Shown one piece after another: positions 39,410-54,612 of a DNA stretch of 64,000 bases (the first letter of the stretch is position 1; every line of letters starts with the position of its first letter). This DNA is from Eledone cirrhosa (lineage: Eukaryota), in assembly GCA_964016885.1 (NCBI GenBank), contig OZ024747.1, positions 50,530,001 through 50,594,000 of the forward strand. Reading direction: 5' to 3'. The notes under the pieces are model-generated. The model ran no database searches. It was not told the origin of the DNA and saw only the letters and a program-made list of their open reading frames with translations. The translations under genes and the position numbers were made by a program.

Positions 39410-40400
39410 AATATGGTGGTCGTGTTGTGATGTTGTGGTGTTGTGGTGTTAATGGTGGTTTTGTGGTGTTGTGTTGTTAATGGTGGCGTTGTGGTATTGT
39501 GGTGTTAATGGTGGCGTTGTGGTGTTGCGGTGTTAATGGTGGTGTTGTGGTGTTGCGGTGTTAATGGTGGTGTTGTAGTGTTGTGGTGGTAATGGTGGTG
39601 TTGTAGTGTTGTGGTGGTAATGGTGGTGTTGTGGTGTTGTGGTGTTAATGGTGGTGTTGTGGTGTTAATGGTGGTGTTGTGGTGTTGTGTTGTTAATGGT
39701 GGCGTTGTGGTATTGTGGTGTTAATGGTGGTGCTGTGGTGTTGCGGTGTTAATGGTGGTGTTGTGGTGTTGTGGTGTTGTGGTGTTAATGGTGGTGTTGT
39801 AGTGTTGTGGTGGTAATGGTGGTGGTGTAGTGTTGTGGTGGTAATGGTGGTGTTGCGGTGTTGTGGTGTTAATGGTGGTGTTGTGGTGTTGTGTTGTTAA
39901 TGGTGGCGTTGTGGTATTGTGGTGTTAATGGTGGTGCTGTTGTGTTGCGGTGTTAATGGTGGTGTTGTGGTGTTGTGGTGTTAATGGTGGTGTTGTAGTG
40001 TTGTGGTGGTAATGGTGGTGGTGTAGTGTTGTGGTGGTAATGGTGGTGTTGTGGTGTTGTGGTGTTAATGGTGGTGTTGTGGCGTTGTGGTGTTGTGGTA
40101 TTCTGGTGTTGTGGTGTTGTGGTGTTGTGGTATTGTGGTATTCAGGTGTTGTGGTGTTGTATTGTTAAAGGTGGTGTTGTGGTGTTGTGGTGTTGTGGTG
40201 GTAATGGTGGTGTTGTGTGTTGTGGTGTTAATGGTGTTGTTGTGGTGTTGTGGTGTTAATGGTGGTGTTGTGGTGTTGTTTGTTGTATTGTTGTGTTGTG
40301 GTGTTAATGGTAGTATTATGGTGTTGGTATTATGGTAAGGTGGTGTTGTGATGTTGTGTTGTTAATGGTGATATTGTGATGCTGTGGTTTTAATGGCGGT
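39410..40400. repeat. GTGGTGTT / GTTAATG degenerate minisatellite
   Basis: Direct reading. Confidence 0.9.
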
Positions 40401-40924
40401 ATTGTGTGTTGGTGGTATTGTAGTTTTATTGGTGGTATTATGGATTGCAAATTGTGTTGTTGGGGTTTGATGTTGTTGTTGGTGTCGGTGTTTGCAATGG
40501 TTGTGGTGCTGTTGGTTACGGTTGTGATCTTTGTGCTGATGATGGTAGAACTAATTGTTGTGTTTGTGTTTGAAGATCGAATGGGAGTTATGGATTATAT
40601 TTTATACCACGGAGGATGAGAAATATATATGAGTGAATAGTTGAAAGTGCAAGTATGTGTGTGTAAGTGTGAGTGTGAGAGTGAGAATAGGTAGGGTGAG
40701 AGTATGTGTCACGGCATGTGTATATTAGGTTATATATGTATCTAGGTTATGTCTAAGCCCTTTATGTCAAAATACTCTGGTTTCAATGATTCCAACTTTC
40801 CAACACAAAGAATCTCCAGCAGTTGTCTAACGAGACAAATATTTCTCCTAGCTTTCCCGTTGTCCTTTATGTGTGTTGTTTTTGAATTCTATACATACAT
40901 ATGTACACACACACACACACACAC

Positions 40925-41033
<109 letters not shown>

Positions 41034-41070
41034 CGTGTATATAAATGTATATATAAATATATTTATACAC

Positions 41071-41142
<72 letters not shown>

Positions 41143-41149
41143 ATATATA

Positions 41150-41530
41150 TCATCATTTTACGACGTCCGCTTTTCCCTGCTTGCAAGGGTGGGACGGGAA
41201 CTGATTCTGGCTTGATTTCTACAGCTGGATGCCCTTCCTAACACCAACCTCATTTACAGTGAGTACTGGGTGCTTTTTTTCCGTGGCACCTCCACGACCA
41301 CTTTACAGTGTGGGCTGGGTGCTTTTTTTGCCGTGGCATCTCCACGATCACTTTGCAGTGGAATGATATGGACCCCAGTCCTATCATCTCATTTCTACAG
41401 GTGAGTAAACTGGAGCAATGTGAAATAAAGTGTCTTGTTCAAGGAAACAACACATCACCCGGTCTGAGAATTGAACTCACAACCTCTCGATTGCAAGACC
41501 AATGCTCTAACCACTAAGCCATGTGCCTCC
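41150..41530 (-). mobile_element. tRNA-head SINE with RTE-related tail
   Basis: Head GGAGGCACATGGCTTAGTGGTTAGA..GAGTTCAATTC; tail GGTTGGTGTTAGGAAGGGCATCCAGC. Confidence 0.7.
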
Positions 41531-41579
41531 ATATATATATATATATGGAGGCACATGACTTAGTGGTTAGATATACATA

Positions 41580-41678
<99 letters not shown>

Positions 41679-41699
41679 ATATATATATATATATATGCA

Positions 41700-42472
41700 A
41701 ACCGACGATCTCTTGTTTGTGTAACTCTCGTTATCAGTAACCATACAACCTCGACTTCCTCAATCCATATTTTTGTATTTCTGTTGTGACCTCCGCTGTA
41801 TCCTCTCTACCTTTCCCGCTCGATATGTTGTTCCTGATCGGGCTTATATCTTGCCACTCTTGTGGATCAACTCCTCCGCCCCTGTCTCCCTCTCTCCCCT
41901 TTCCCTCTATCGATCTCGCTTGTTTGTCGGTCCAGGTTGCACGTTCGTCGTACACCCTTTTGGATTAACTCCATTTCCCTGCTCCCCTCTCTCTCTCTGT
42001 CCGTCCTACTCAACCCTCTGCATTCTACCTCCTCTCACTTCCGGTTACTCCGCCTTTCTCTCTCTCTCTCTGTGATCACTTTCACTGAGAATAGACGTGA
42101 ATTTACCCAGCTCCTCTGTTATTATGGCCCCCGGTCCATAACTTGATCTATTTTCTCTTCGGTTACTCAGTTACATTGTCATGTGTTCCCCCTTCTATCG
42201 ATATGTTTACTTCTTTTTTTCTTCCTTTTATTCCTCTCTCTTTTTTTCCTTTCTTTTCTCTCTCTTCGCTATCACTTCTTTCCCTCGTGGATTTTTGATA
42301 AATAAAGGCTTTGGGCGCGCTACGGATAGATGCACTATTTATAATGCGCCGAAACACCCGTAACCTGTACTACACAGCTGACGAAGGGAAACTGTCCATC
42401 TCTTGTTTGTGTTGCTTTACGTTCTGACACTCGTTAACAGTAACCACACAGCCTCGCCTTCCTCAATTCATA
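41700..42472 (+). mobile_element. PLE-like remnant with terminal direct repeats
   Basis: 41708-41770 matches 42398-42472; CTGACGAAGGG at 42378; (TA)n flanks. Confidence 0.55.
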
Positions 42473-42479
42473 TATATAT

Positions 42480-42673
42480 CAGATAGGGTCTGATAAAAAC
42501 CAGCTCGACCATAACCCACCAAAGTACTCGATACTTGGGGTAGTACAGAGGGTGATATGAAAAGATTCAGTACCCCGACGGCTGAGCTCCGGTCGTTGCG
42601 ACAGGTAGATCCAAACTCTGTGTTTGGATCTAGCTGTCGAAACAGCCGGAGCTCAGCCGTCGGGGTCCTGAAT

Positions 42674-42708
<35 letters not shown>

Positions 42709-42931
42709 ACGAAGGAAATGTGGTAAGGAACCAGGTGGACCATAACGCACCAAAGTACTCAATACTTAGGGTAGTAGAGTGGGTAATAGGAACGAGTAGG
42801 ACCCCGACGGCTGAGCTCAAGCCGTTTCGACGGCTAATTCTGGACTAAAAAAAAAAATTTTTTTTTTTTTTAAAGTCCAGAATTAGCCGTCGAAACGGCT
42901 TGAGCTCAGCCGTCGGGGTCCTACTCGTTCC

Positions 42932-42936
<5 letters not shown>
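42480..42936 (-). mobile_element. Two tandem fold-back elements from different subfamilies
   Basis: 42480-42677 and 42708-42936, each a unique tail plus hairpin. Confidence 0.9.
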
Positions 42937-42979
<43 letters not shown>

Positions 42980-43404
42980 TTGTGTGTTTGTGGCTTACTG
43001 GGGTATTTGCAGAATGTGCGGGGTGGTTGAATGATCAACAAGCTGAAGGGTGGCTAACAACTGTAAAATAGGAGTTCCCAGTAATAAAGTGGTTTGCTGG
43101 GATATAAGCAGGTGAAGGGTCGGAATGGTGTACTAGTGAGGGGAAGGGGATGAAAGAGAGTTGCATGTGTGTGCGAGTGGTGGTAAGAGGGGGGGGGTCG
43201 ATACAGATAAAGAAAGGGGAGAAAGAAGGATGAAAATGGATGAAGTGATGCAAGGAAAATTGTGAAAGAATTAATTGGGGTATGAATGTATCTATGCGCA
43301 TGCATATGTACATACATGTGTGCATACACACACCCCCTACCCTCACATACACAAACACATAATGATTTCTAATTAATCGCAAGGGAGAGGATATCGATTG
43401 CATA

Positions 43405-43560
43405 AATACCAGTGCGTTATTGGTAATTTATTTTGTTGAACCTGGAAGGACAAGAGGCAAAGTTGACCACGGCGGGATTTGAACTCAGAACGAAAAGTGC
43501 CATATGTAAACACTCCAAATTATTTTGTCCGAGGCTGTAATGATGTCACCAATTCACAAC
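43405..43560 (-). mobile_element. Diverged SINE (3882 family)
   Basis: AGGCAAAGTTGACCACGGCGGGATTTGAACTCAG. Confidence 0.7.
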
Positions 43561-44103
43561 CCTAAGAAGTTAAAATAACAAAAACTAGAAGAAAAGGAGA
43601 TGATCCTCAAATTGTATGAAGACGGGACGCTGTGTTCTGGAGGAAGATGCTTCATTTTATGTTGTTTTTCATGACCAGATTGCTGACTATATCGGTTAAA
43701 ATCTAGAGAAACCTCCTATAAAAAACAATCTCACAGAGACCAACAAAATATATATACGAGTGAGCAGTAAAATTCATTTCCTTATTCTTTTTTCAAAAGA
43801 GAATTCATTTAATTTTTTAAGTTGCTGCTTTTTTTCTTTTTAATCTAGCGTTCAACCCATTTGAGGGTCTTAAACCTTGACAAAGTGGCGCATCTATTTG
43901 AGTAACCTCTCATCTAGCATTAGAAGTCTTGTCACCGTGGGCTAATAGCAAAAAAACGAGTCTCATTCTTCGATGAGTTACCCAAATCGCTCTACGGCCG
44001 TGGAGCGAAATCCAACCAACCTTATGGTGGTAAATAGGCAGATTTACTGAGTTGCCGGACAAAATGATTTGTTCCAGCTCTGATGATTTGTTCCATATAT
44101 ATA

Positions 44104-44562
44104 TATGTATAAATATTTCGTATCTCCAAAGAAATACGGTTTTAGGAAGCCGTAGCTATGAAAACACCGGGGGGTTAACGCCCTCTGGTGATGTCCAGCA
44201 GAAGCAAGAGGGACAACCGTCTATGCATTTCAGGCTTAACTGGCCATCGTCAGGACGGTCCCTCCCACCGCTTGTGACTGCTGGACTAGAAGACAGGCGA
44301 GAATATATAGTTTTCTCGTCTGTGTAAATGAGGAGATTAATCTCATTTGCATATGAAGCTGCATAAGTTGGCTCAACTTATAATAGAAAAGAAATAGGAT
44401 AGACGGTTGTCCCCCTTGCTTCTGCTGGACATCACCAGAGGGCGTTAGCTCCCCGGTGTTTGCATAGCTACGGCTTCCTAAAACCGTATTTCTTTGGAGA
44501 TACGAAATATTTATACATATTGTATAAAGCTATGCTTGAAGCGAAATCCTATTTCTTTTATA
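44104..44562. mobile_element. PLE pLTR inverted-repeat insertion
   Basis: 44104-44224 is the reverse complement of 44399-44520; contains an HHR. Confidence 0.85.
44216..44259 (-). ncRNA. Intact minimal type I hammerhead motif
   Basis: ACCGUC-CUGACGA-UGGC(CAGUUAA)GCCU-GAAA-UGCA-UA-GACGGU; palindromic stem III. Confidence 0.85.
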
Positions 44563-44585
44563 TATATATATATATATATATGCTG

Positions 44586-44904
<319 letters not shown>

Positions 44905-45245
44905 TATATATATATATGCAAATTAGGCTGCTCAGCCGTTAATATGCATAAGGAAAGTATATACTTTCAGACGTTCAATCATCTGACAGGAAGGTATACG
45001 TTGCTGATGATAGCTAATAAGCTTGAAACTAGTACAGCGTTCCTTTGTCAGTGTTGTACAAATGAGCAACGATGGTTGCTAGACACTGTATGGCTTAATT
45101 CGGGCTGTTTGTTTACAAACACACCGAGCATTATAATAAATGTTCGGTGAATCCATACGTACATATATATATGTGTGCATGTATGTATATATATATATAC
45201 ATACTACTGTACGTCTGTATACATATATGTATGTACATATACATA

Positions 45246-45282
<37 letters not shown>

Positions 45283-45286
<4 letters not shown>

Positions 45287-45920
45287 CAAATTTAAATAAT
45301 TTGAAAACCAAACAACGCATTAGAAAGACAATTAAATCGCTAAGATAACAAAAGAATCTATCCTGAGCAAATTTAATTGTTTCTACTATTGGCACAAGGC
45401 CAGAAATTACCCAGTACATTACTGGTACTTTATTTTATCGACCCCGTAAGGATGAAAGGCAAAGTTAACCTCGGCGGGATTTGAACTCAGTATGGCAAGG
45501 GCCGTAACTTTATGCTTCAAAGCATGGCGTCCGACCCTCTACCGATACTGACAATCCACCGCCCATATCCTTAGCAAATTTAATGATCCCAAATATTTTC
45601 AGGTTTAATAACTCATTATCAAGGGAGTATCCCTAGGAGAGGCTTAAAGGGCTGTTTGGTTTTGATTTGTTTGGAAGGCAGATTTAAGTTAATTGAAATG
45701 AAAAGACGTCAACATTTCGAACGTGCGCGTTGTGAAATGTCTGCAGAAAAGTGTTTGATATATGCATGTGTGGGCGTGAATGAGTTTCTAAACCCATATT
45801 TGGGATCATCAAAATATTTGGGATCATCAAATTTGCTAAGGTAAGATTCTTTTGTTATCTCAGCGATTTAATTTTCTTTCTAATGCATTGTTTGGTTTTC
45901 AAAATTATTTAAATTTGTGT
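45283..45920. mobile_element. Inverted-repeat element interrupted by a SINE with a 19-bp TSD
   Basis: 45283-45375 matches the reverse complement of 45830-45917. The SINE (-) at 45379-45565 is flanked by TATCCT(G/T)AGCAAATTTAAT. Confidence 0.75.
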
Positions 45921-45960
45921 TTCCTATTCAACAATGCTTTAAACAAGCTACAAAACTCCG

Positions 45961-45996
<36 letters not shown>

Positions 45997-46194
45997 CGAA
46001 GGAAATGTGGTAAGGAACCAGATGGACCATAACGCACCAGAGTACTCAATACTTAGGGTAGTAGAGTGGGTAATAGGAAAAAGTATGACCCCGACGGCAG
46101 AGCTCAAGCCATTTCGACGGCTATTTCTAGACTGAGTCCAGAAATGGCCGTCGAAACGGCTTGAGCTTTGCCGTCGGGGTCATACTTTTTCCTA
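45997..46194 (-). mobile_element. Fold-back element (HHR-derived family)
   Basis: Same tail plus hairpin structure. Confidence 0.9.
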
Positions 46195-46261
46195 TATATA
46201 TATATATATATAGATAGATAGATAGATAGATAGATAGTAAGATAGATAGATAGATAGATAG

Positions 46262-47085
46262 GTAAAATCAAATAGCCATTCTCTTCGAGAGAACTTTCGG
46301 GCCGGGGCCCATGGACAACTTCCAGAAACCCCTGGCCTGGCAGTGCTACCGAGGAGATTTGTGAGTTCGGGATAAATTCTACAGGCATGGAAGTGCCGTC
46401 AGCCGGGCTTGTCCGAGTTGCGCGCAGGGTGAAGAAACCGCCCTGTACTCACTGTATGAGTGCTCATACAGTGTCCGAGCATTGCTGACTTGTCGGTTTA
46501 TGTCGAATACCTATGTCGCGTGTAGAACGGATCCGGCTATCAGCTGAGTCCATCATGAGGATAGCCCCGACGTCTTCCTTTAGCCGGGAAGGGCAGGCAA
46601 TTTTTATCTGTCTGGTGGCCATGGCGAAAGAGATCGTGTGGTGGACACGTTTGAAAGGACTGAAGACGAGTACTTACCTCTTCGGTGATGCCCTGATTAA
46701 CTTTTCCAAATTTAATTTGAAAAGGAAAATCACGCTGGAGAGGGAAGTGCTCTCTTCCCAACATTTTGTTGAAAGATGTGTGAGAGAGGCAAGCATGTGA
46801 ATGGGCCTGCTCCAAGTATGCGCCTGTAAATCTAAGGTGGAAAACTGGGAGAGGGCACTTGCACTGGTGTTGAGGGTCGCCGTGGCTTTTTTAATGAGCT
46901 TTCTCCATGATTGTCCCTCAGAAGTCTCCCCCCCTACTGGGGAATTTTCCTTTGTTTCTTTTTTGTCATTTTCTTTGTGATTTTTTTCTTTTCACGCAGA
47001 AGTTCCCACTTGTACCGCCCTGTACCGTCTTGTGTTGTCCTTAATGTTATACGTTATGTCAACCCTTGTGGTTAATAAAGAAAAC
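46262..47085 (+). mobile_element. Tx1/L1-like LINE 3' end
   Basis: AMAKEIVWWTRLKGL; ends GGTTAATAAAGAAA. Confidence 0.75.
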
Positions 47086-47378
47086 ATTATTATTATTATA
47101 GTTATATATTTAGAAAATATTACTATTTTTTCACTATTGACTTTAGCGATCGAAATAATATTCCATGAGCAATATCAGCCGATTACCGAAGCATAATATC
47201 GGGGTAAAGGATGGCATGGAATCAATTGATGATTTTATATATATATATATATATATAAACAAACACACTCACACACATATATATATACATACAAACATAT
47301 ATACATAAATATGTACGTACATAATACATATATATACATACATACACAAACACATATATATAAATATAATTATATATG

Positions 47379-47421
<43 letters not shown>

Positions 47422-47443
47422 TTACATATATATATTTTTATAA

Positions 47444-47474
<31 letters not shown>

Positions 47475-47886
47475 AGGAAATGAAAAGATATATATGATAA
47501 TAATATTATTAATAATAACAATATATATATATCGTAGTAATCAATAAATATAAAAAATATTTCAGGGGTTCAGCATGAATATCGGGTAGGTGAGGTATTG
47601 GAGCTCAAACAAGCAATAGGCTTCCTAAACGAAATAAAAACTCTATTGAAAACGCATCAAAAATGACAAACAAGCATATTACATACATACATATATATAT
47701 TCTTATATACACATACTTAGGTATAAATATACATATACATATGAGCGCACATAGACACATACACATATATATATATATATATACGCAGACACGCCATATG
47801 TATATATATATATATATATATATACACCTTCCATATACTGTACCGATTGTGTTCTTATTTCTCTTTACCTTTTACAAACATATATA

Positions 47887-47987
<101 letters not shown>

Positions 47988-47988
47988 T

Positions 47989-48081
<93 letters not shown>

Positions 48082-48094
48082 ATATATATGTATG

Positions 48095-48127
<33 letters not shown>

Positions 48128-48500
48128 GTATGTATATATACATGCATTATATGGGTGTATATATGCATGCATTGTATGTTAGTGTGTTGGTGGTGTGAAA
48201 ATTAGTTGTCACATTGTAGTTGCATAGGCAACAAGTATGTATGTATATATATACATACGCATACACACATAAGTACACAAACACACACACACATACACAC
48301 ACACACACACACACAGGCACACACACGCACACACACACACATATATATATCTATGTGTGGGGCGGGTGTGTACGTGCGCCTGTGTAAGCATGTATGTATA
48401 TGTGATTATGTATATATATATACAATTATATACGTACATACGTATATATATATATATATGTATATATATATAAATATATATATATATAAATAAATATACG

Positions 48501-48648
<148 letters not shown>

Positions 48649-48675
48649 TACGTATATATATATATATAAATATAC

Positions 48676-48727
<52 letters not shown>

Positions 48728-48749
48728 GTATATATATATATATATATAC

Positions 48750-48811
<62 letters not shown>

Positions 48812-48961
48812 GTGTGTGTGTATGTGTGTGTGTAAATCTAAATCTATTTGTATAAAAATTACTATATTTGGAACACCTGAAATTATTAGTATTTACAGAG
48901 GCACGCATGTACACACGTAGATGGACTTATATATATGTAGATATACTTTTCTAAATCCATT

Positions 48962-49045
<84 letters not shown>

Positions 49046-49105
49046 TATATATATGTATATATATAATATATATATATATATATATGCATATATATGTATA
49101 TATAT

Positions 49106-49188
<83 letters not shown>

Positions 49189-49369
49189 AGTGATCCTGAA
49201 AATAACATGCCTCTTTGGCTCATATATATCGAAAATTCGTTTTGCAGTTCTGTTTCCCCAAGATATTTGATGTTCTATTTGTGCACTGAAATGGAATTTT
49301 ATCACGTACCTTCCATAGAAGGAATGGTCTAACCTTCTTCCTTCCACACACATATTCTCTCTCTCAGTG

Positions 49370-49450
<81 letters not shown>

Positions 49451-49569
49451 GCATATATGCGTCGGTGTGAGGTGCATTGATTATGTACACTTCTTTAATT
49501 CTCTCGAAAGTTTAAACCGTATTAATTTCACTACGGATTTCCTAACAGTATATGTACATGTAACGGTAT

Positions 49570-49940
49570 ATGTCATTTGGATACCCTGCAGTATGAAAAA
49601 CAAGACCCGTCAAAGGGCGGTCGAACTCACCAGAATCAACGGCCATCCAATAAAGTTTTTTTTTGTGTGGAGCTAGAGACTCCAAGTTTTCTTTAAGGCA
49701 TCTCTCTAGGAGAAGGTCACTCTCATATAAAACCTGCGACTTCGTTTGCATCCAACAATGTAGACCGGTTCTTCTTTTTGGACAAATCCATTCGATGTTC
49801 AGAGAGTGGGATTGGCTCTGTGCAAAGCCTATCCTCACTTAAAAAAGGTTCAAGTACAGGTATCGCTTGAGGTGTGACATGTCCCGAGTAGGACTAAAAA
49901 GCCACATCCGTGATGCTCACACTTAAGTATCAAGCAATGG
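49570..49940 (+). mobile_element. RTE-derived short element, third subfamily
   Basis: CTAGGAGAAGG..ATATAAAACCTGCG..AGAGAGTGGGATTGG..CTCACTTAAAA, then a GLKSHIRDAH remnant. Confidence 0.7.
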
Positions 49941-50186
49941 CATACACACACACACACATGCTTACGCACCTGCACAAGTACAGCTCTTTTTACAAAACGT
50001 TTCTTTTTCCGTTTCAGGTAGACGCGCTCCATCATCCACTTTTCTAAAAAATAAATCATACACAAAACGCCAGCACCAACAGTTTTGCAAGGGATGTCAA
50101 CATGAATGGACCTGTTATTTTTATCTAAAGACATTTTTTCCAATTCCATCCCGCTCGTCCCCTCAATCTATCTTATTTCTCATTCT

Positions 50187-50223
50187 TTCTTCTAATGAAG
50201 GAGTTGCATTCGAAACGTTAAGA
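50187..50223 (+). ncRNA. Degenerate hammerhead motif
   Basis: CUAAUGA-AGGAG(UUGCA)UUC-GAAACGUUA. Confidence 0.5.
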
Positions 50224-50307
50224 CCCTCTTTCTGATATATCAAACGTTAACCTAATATATCCCTTCCATATATGTAACGATTGTGTTATTATTTCTGTTT
50301 ACCTTTT

Positions 50308-50341
<34 letters not shown>

Positions 50342-50503
50342 GTAGGAGGTGAGTTTTATTGTAGTACAATAAAGCAATGCAGATATCGGATAAGAAGCAC
50401 TCTACAGTTTGTAGGACTAGAGTATACATAATATATAAGATCATATGTTGATTTAAAACTGCACTATTCACAAGTGTTTTTTAACCTTCATATCATGTCT
50501 TCC

Positions 50504-50574
50504 TATTTTATCTGATGAAAACACAAATTTTATTGCATGATGATATTTGTTTTTGAAATGCGCATAATAAAATA
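50504..50574 (+). ncRNA. Intact-core type I hammerhead motif
   Basis: UAUUUUAU-CUGAUGA-AAACACAAAU..AUUUGUUUUU-GAAA-UGCGCA-UA-AUAAAAUA. Confidence 0.8.
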
Positions 50575-50611
50575 CATGGAACTCTTTTAACCATCTTTTG
50601 ATCTTATATAT

Positions 50612-50643
<32 letters not shown>

Positions 50644-50660
50644 TATATATATATACATAT

Positions 50661-50747
<87 letters not shown>

Positions 50748-51256
50748 TATATATATATGCAGGTTGGGCCTTACGTCGTGCTCCAAAAGCGTGAGCTCTC
50801 GTGTAAAATGTCAATCATTGGACTCAACCAGTGACTTAATGTCACAGATGATAGCATTATGAAAATGATACCTTTGTTATTTCAATATGGTTTTTGTTAT
50901 TAATACAATATAATGTATATGTATACTAAATTGATTATAATGCCCCCACCCTGTATATATATATATCAACTAGAAATCGATTGACATATATATGTATATA
51001 TCTAAAATAAACACATGAAACAATCATAGGGGATAATTTGCAAAGTGTGTAAATCTTTCGGACATGACACCCTTAATTTAATTTTGTATATATATATATA
51101 TATATATCCACACCCTGTATATATATATATATATACAGGGTGTGGTCGATATTTGTTCGCAATTTTCAACTGGTAATTTTATGCGATTTTTTTTTACTTC
51201 CGTTGTCACTCTTGTCTTCATAAAAACACTGACTATAATTCCATATATATATATGT

Positions 51257-51434
<178 letters not shown>

Positions 51435-51586
51435 GCGTGCGTGTGTTTCTGAGGTATTTCATGCATATTAGGGTGTTTCAATTGTACAGAGTTCCAAATC
51501 CAATATAAGTATTCACTTCTTTAACCGAAATTTAAATGCAACCATATAATGTAGGTCCAAATTTAGGCTGGGTAATTAATACTGTG

Positions 51587-51714
<128 letters not shown>

Positions 51715-51772
51715 TATATATATATATTTACATGCCCACACTCTTGCATACACACACAAATATGCATATATT

Positions 51773-51855
<83 letters not shown>

Positions 51856-52000
51856 CACAGTATATATTAATATATATATATATTAAGACAGGGGTGAAGA
51901 AAAAATGGCTTCACTTGTGCTTTCAACAAATTTATTTTCTTCACAAAATCCCAAAAGAATTTTTTTCCGGATTAGAAAAAAATTTTTTTCTTAAAAAAAT

Positions 52001-52063
<63 letters not shown>

Positions 52064-52321
52064 GCGCGTGTGTGTTTTTACATTTTCATATAATCTATAC
52101 AGATTCTACATGTAGGAGTGGTGAAACTACTTGAAGATCGCTTAGGATTAAGTTTATAATTTAATAAGGTAGCATTAAGAAAAAAATATTTAATATAGGG
52201 AAAATATGTCATTAAAATATTTTGTGTGAAATATTGTATTAATTATAAATATTAAAAAGAAATAAAATTGTAAACTGGCCTTATAAAGACACACATACAC
52301 ACGTAAACATACATATATTCT

Positions 52322-52378
<57 letters not shown>

Positions 52379-52432
52379 CATATATTTGCATACACATACA
52401 TTCATGCACGTATATATGTCTTATTCATATCC

Positions 52433-52533
52433 CTCCGAGGTTAACTTTGCCTTTCATCCTTACGGGGTCGGTAAAATAAAGTACCAGTAATACACTGGAG
52501 TAATTGCTGGCCTTGTGCCAAAAGTAGAAACAA
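52433..52533 (+). mobile_element. 5'-truncated SINE (3882 family)
   Basis: Core and tail only. Confidence 0.8.
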
Positions 52534-52643
52534 TTATATATATATATATATGTGTACAGATACATACAGACCTATATTTTTTTAAATATACAATGAGATT
52601 GAGAGAGTGTGTGTTAGACAGATTGGTAGACACACAGACACAC

Positions 52644-52947
52644 ATGGATATATAACATACTGTATATAATCAATGGATATATATAACATACTGTATATAA
52701 TCAATGGATATATATAACATACTGTATATAATCAATGGATATATATAACATACTGTATATAATCAATGGATATATAACATACTGTATATAATCAATGGAT
52801 ATATAACATACTGTATATAATCAATGGATATATATATCATACTGTATATAATCAATGGATATATATAACATACTGTATATAATCAATGGATATATATAAC
52901 ATACTGTATATAATCAATGGATATATATAACATACAGTATATAATCT
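52644..52947. repeat. 29-31 bp minisatellite, about 10 copies
   Basis: ATGGATAT(AT)ATAACATACTGTATATAATCA. Confidence 0.95.
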
Positions 52948-53011
52948 GATATAACTTTATCATATACTTCGGCTGTGTGAAAATTGTAAACTTGTCTACA
53001 CACACTGAGTC

Positions 53012-53100
<89 letters not shown>

Positions 53101-53519
53101 ACACCAGTCCAACCCCTGTTATTTTATAATAATTAACGCCGTACTCGCATCACCAACAACACAAACGAAGACGGGTGAGTTGCATTACGTCGAGTGCTCT
53201 CCCTAATATTACATCGAGGTTGACCACGCGGAATGACCAGTTCTATCCAGTGGTGAATCAACAAACATAAATAAATAAATATATATATATATATATATAT
53301 GTTTTTTTCAATAAACAAATAATATCATTATTTCTGAAGACATCATATATATGTGTAGGTATGTATATTCCCTCTGATAGTTTGTATACATATTGTACAT
53401 AGATCTATAGAATATGCATACCAACTCTAACACATATATATCCTAGAAACGATCGTAAAATGATGATTTTTTTTTAATATAAAGAACTGTTTCTTTGTTT
53501 ATTCATTGTTTTATTAATT

Positions 53520-53582
<63 letters not shown>

Positions 53583-53746
53583 ATATATCCAGGGAGTGTA
53601 ACTTGGATTTTCTGTAGGTTCACCCGAGTGAGCACTCGATGTTTAGGTTCACTTCAGTGTCGAGGTGTAGAGCTACACAGAATGTATTATAGAGTAATAA
53701 GATAACAAGGACGATTGGTTACTCCTTCATTACGTTTATATATATA

Positions 53747-53818
<72 letters not shown>

Positions 53819-53887
53819 AAATAAAGAAAAAATAAACGGAAAAAAAAATGTTTCTTCCTAATAATCGTCTTTTTCTCCCTATTTACA

Positions 53888-53992
<105 letters not shown>

Positions 53993-54014
53993 TCCAACTC
54001 GTGTGCTGCTTCAC

Positions 54015-54088
<74 letters not shown>

Positions 54089-54111
54089 CAACTCGTGTGC
54101 TGCTTCTCCAC

Positions 54112-54180
<69 letters not shown>

Positions 54181-54612
54181 ATATGTGCGTGTGTGTGTAT
54201 AAATATATATATGTATATATATATATATATATATATGGCAAGGCATTGTAACTACATGCTTCTTCGTTCGTCTCTGAGTCAGAAACATAAACACCCTTTT
54301 TTCTTCTGTTTTTTCTTTGCTTGTTTCCTTAAAATTTACCGTCATTCCGTGGGTATACAACTAATACGCACTTTATACCCAAAGACGTAACGTAGTCTCT
54401 GAAATGTAGATAGTGTTGGCAGAAATAACATATTTGGATTCCTGTCATTTCACATTGTCATGCCCTTCCACCACCTGTTTTACTCCATTTTAATTTTATT
54501 TTGATCATGCCTTTATTTTTAATTTCATTTGCACCGTTTCCTCTCACCCCCTTTTTGCTATATGTCTCTCCACCACTCCTCTACACACCCTTTGAACTCT
54601 CTTCCCACACAC

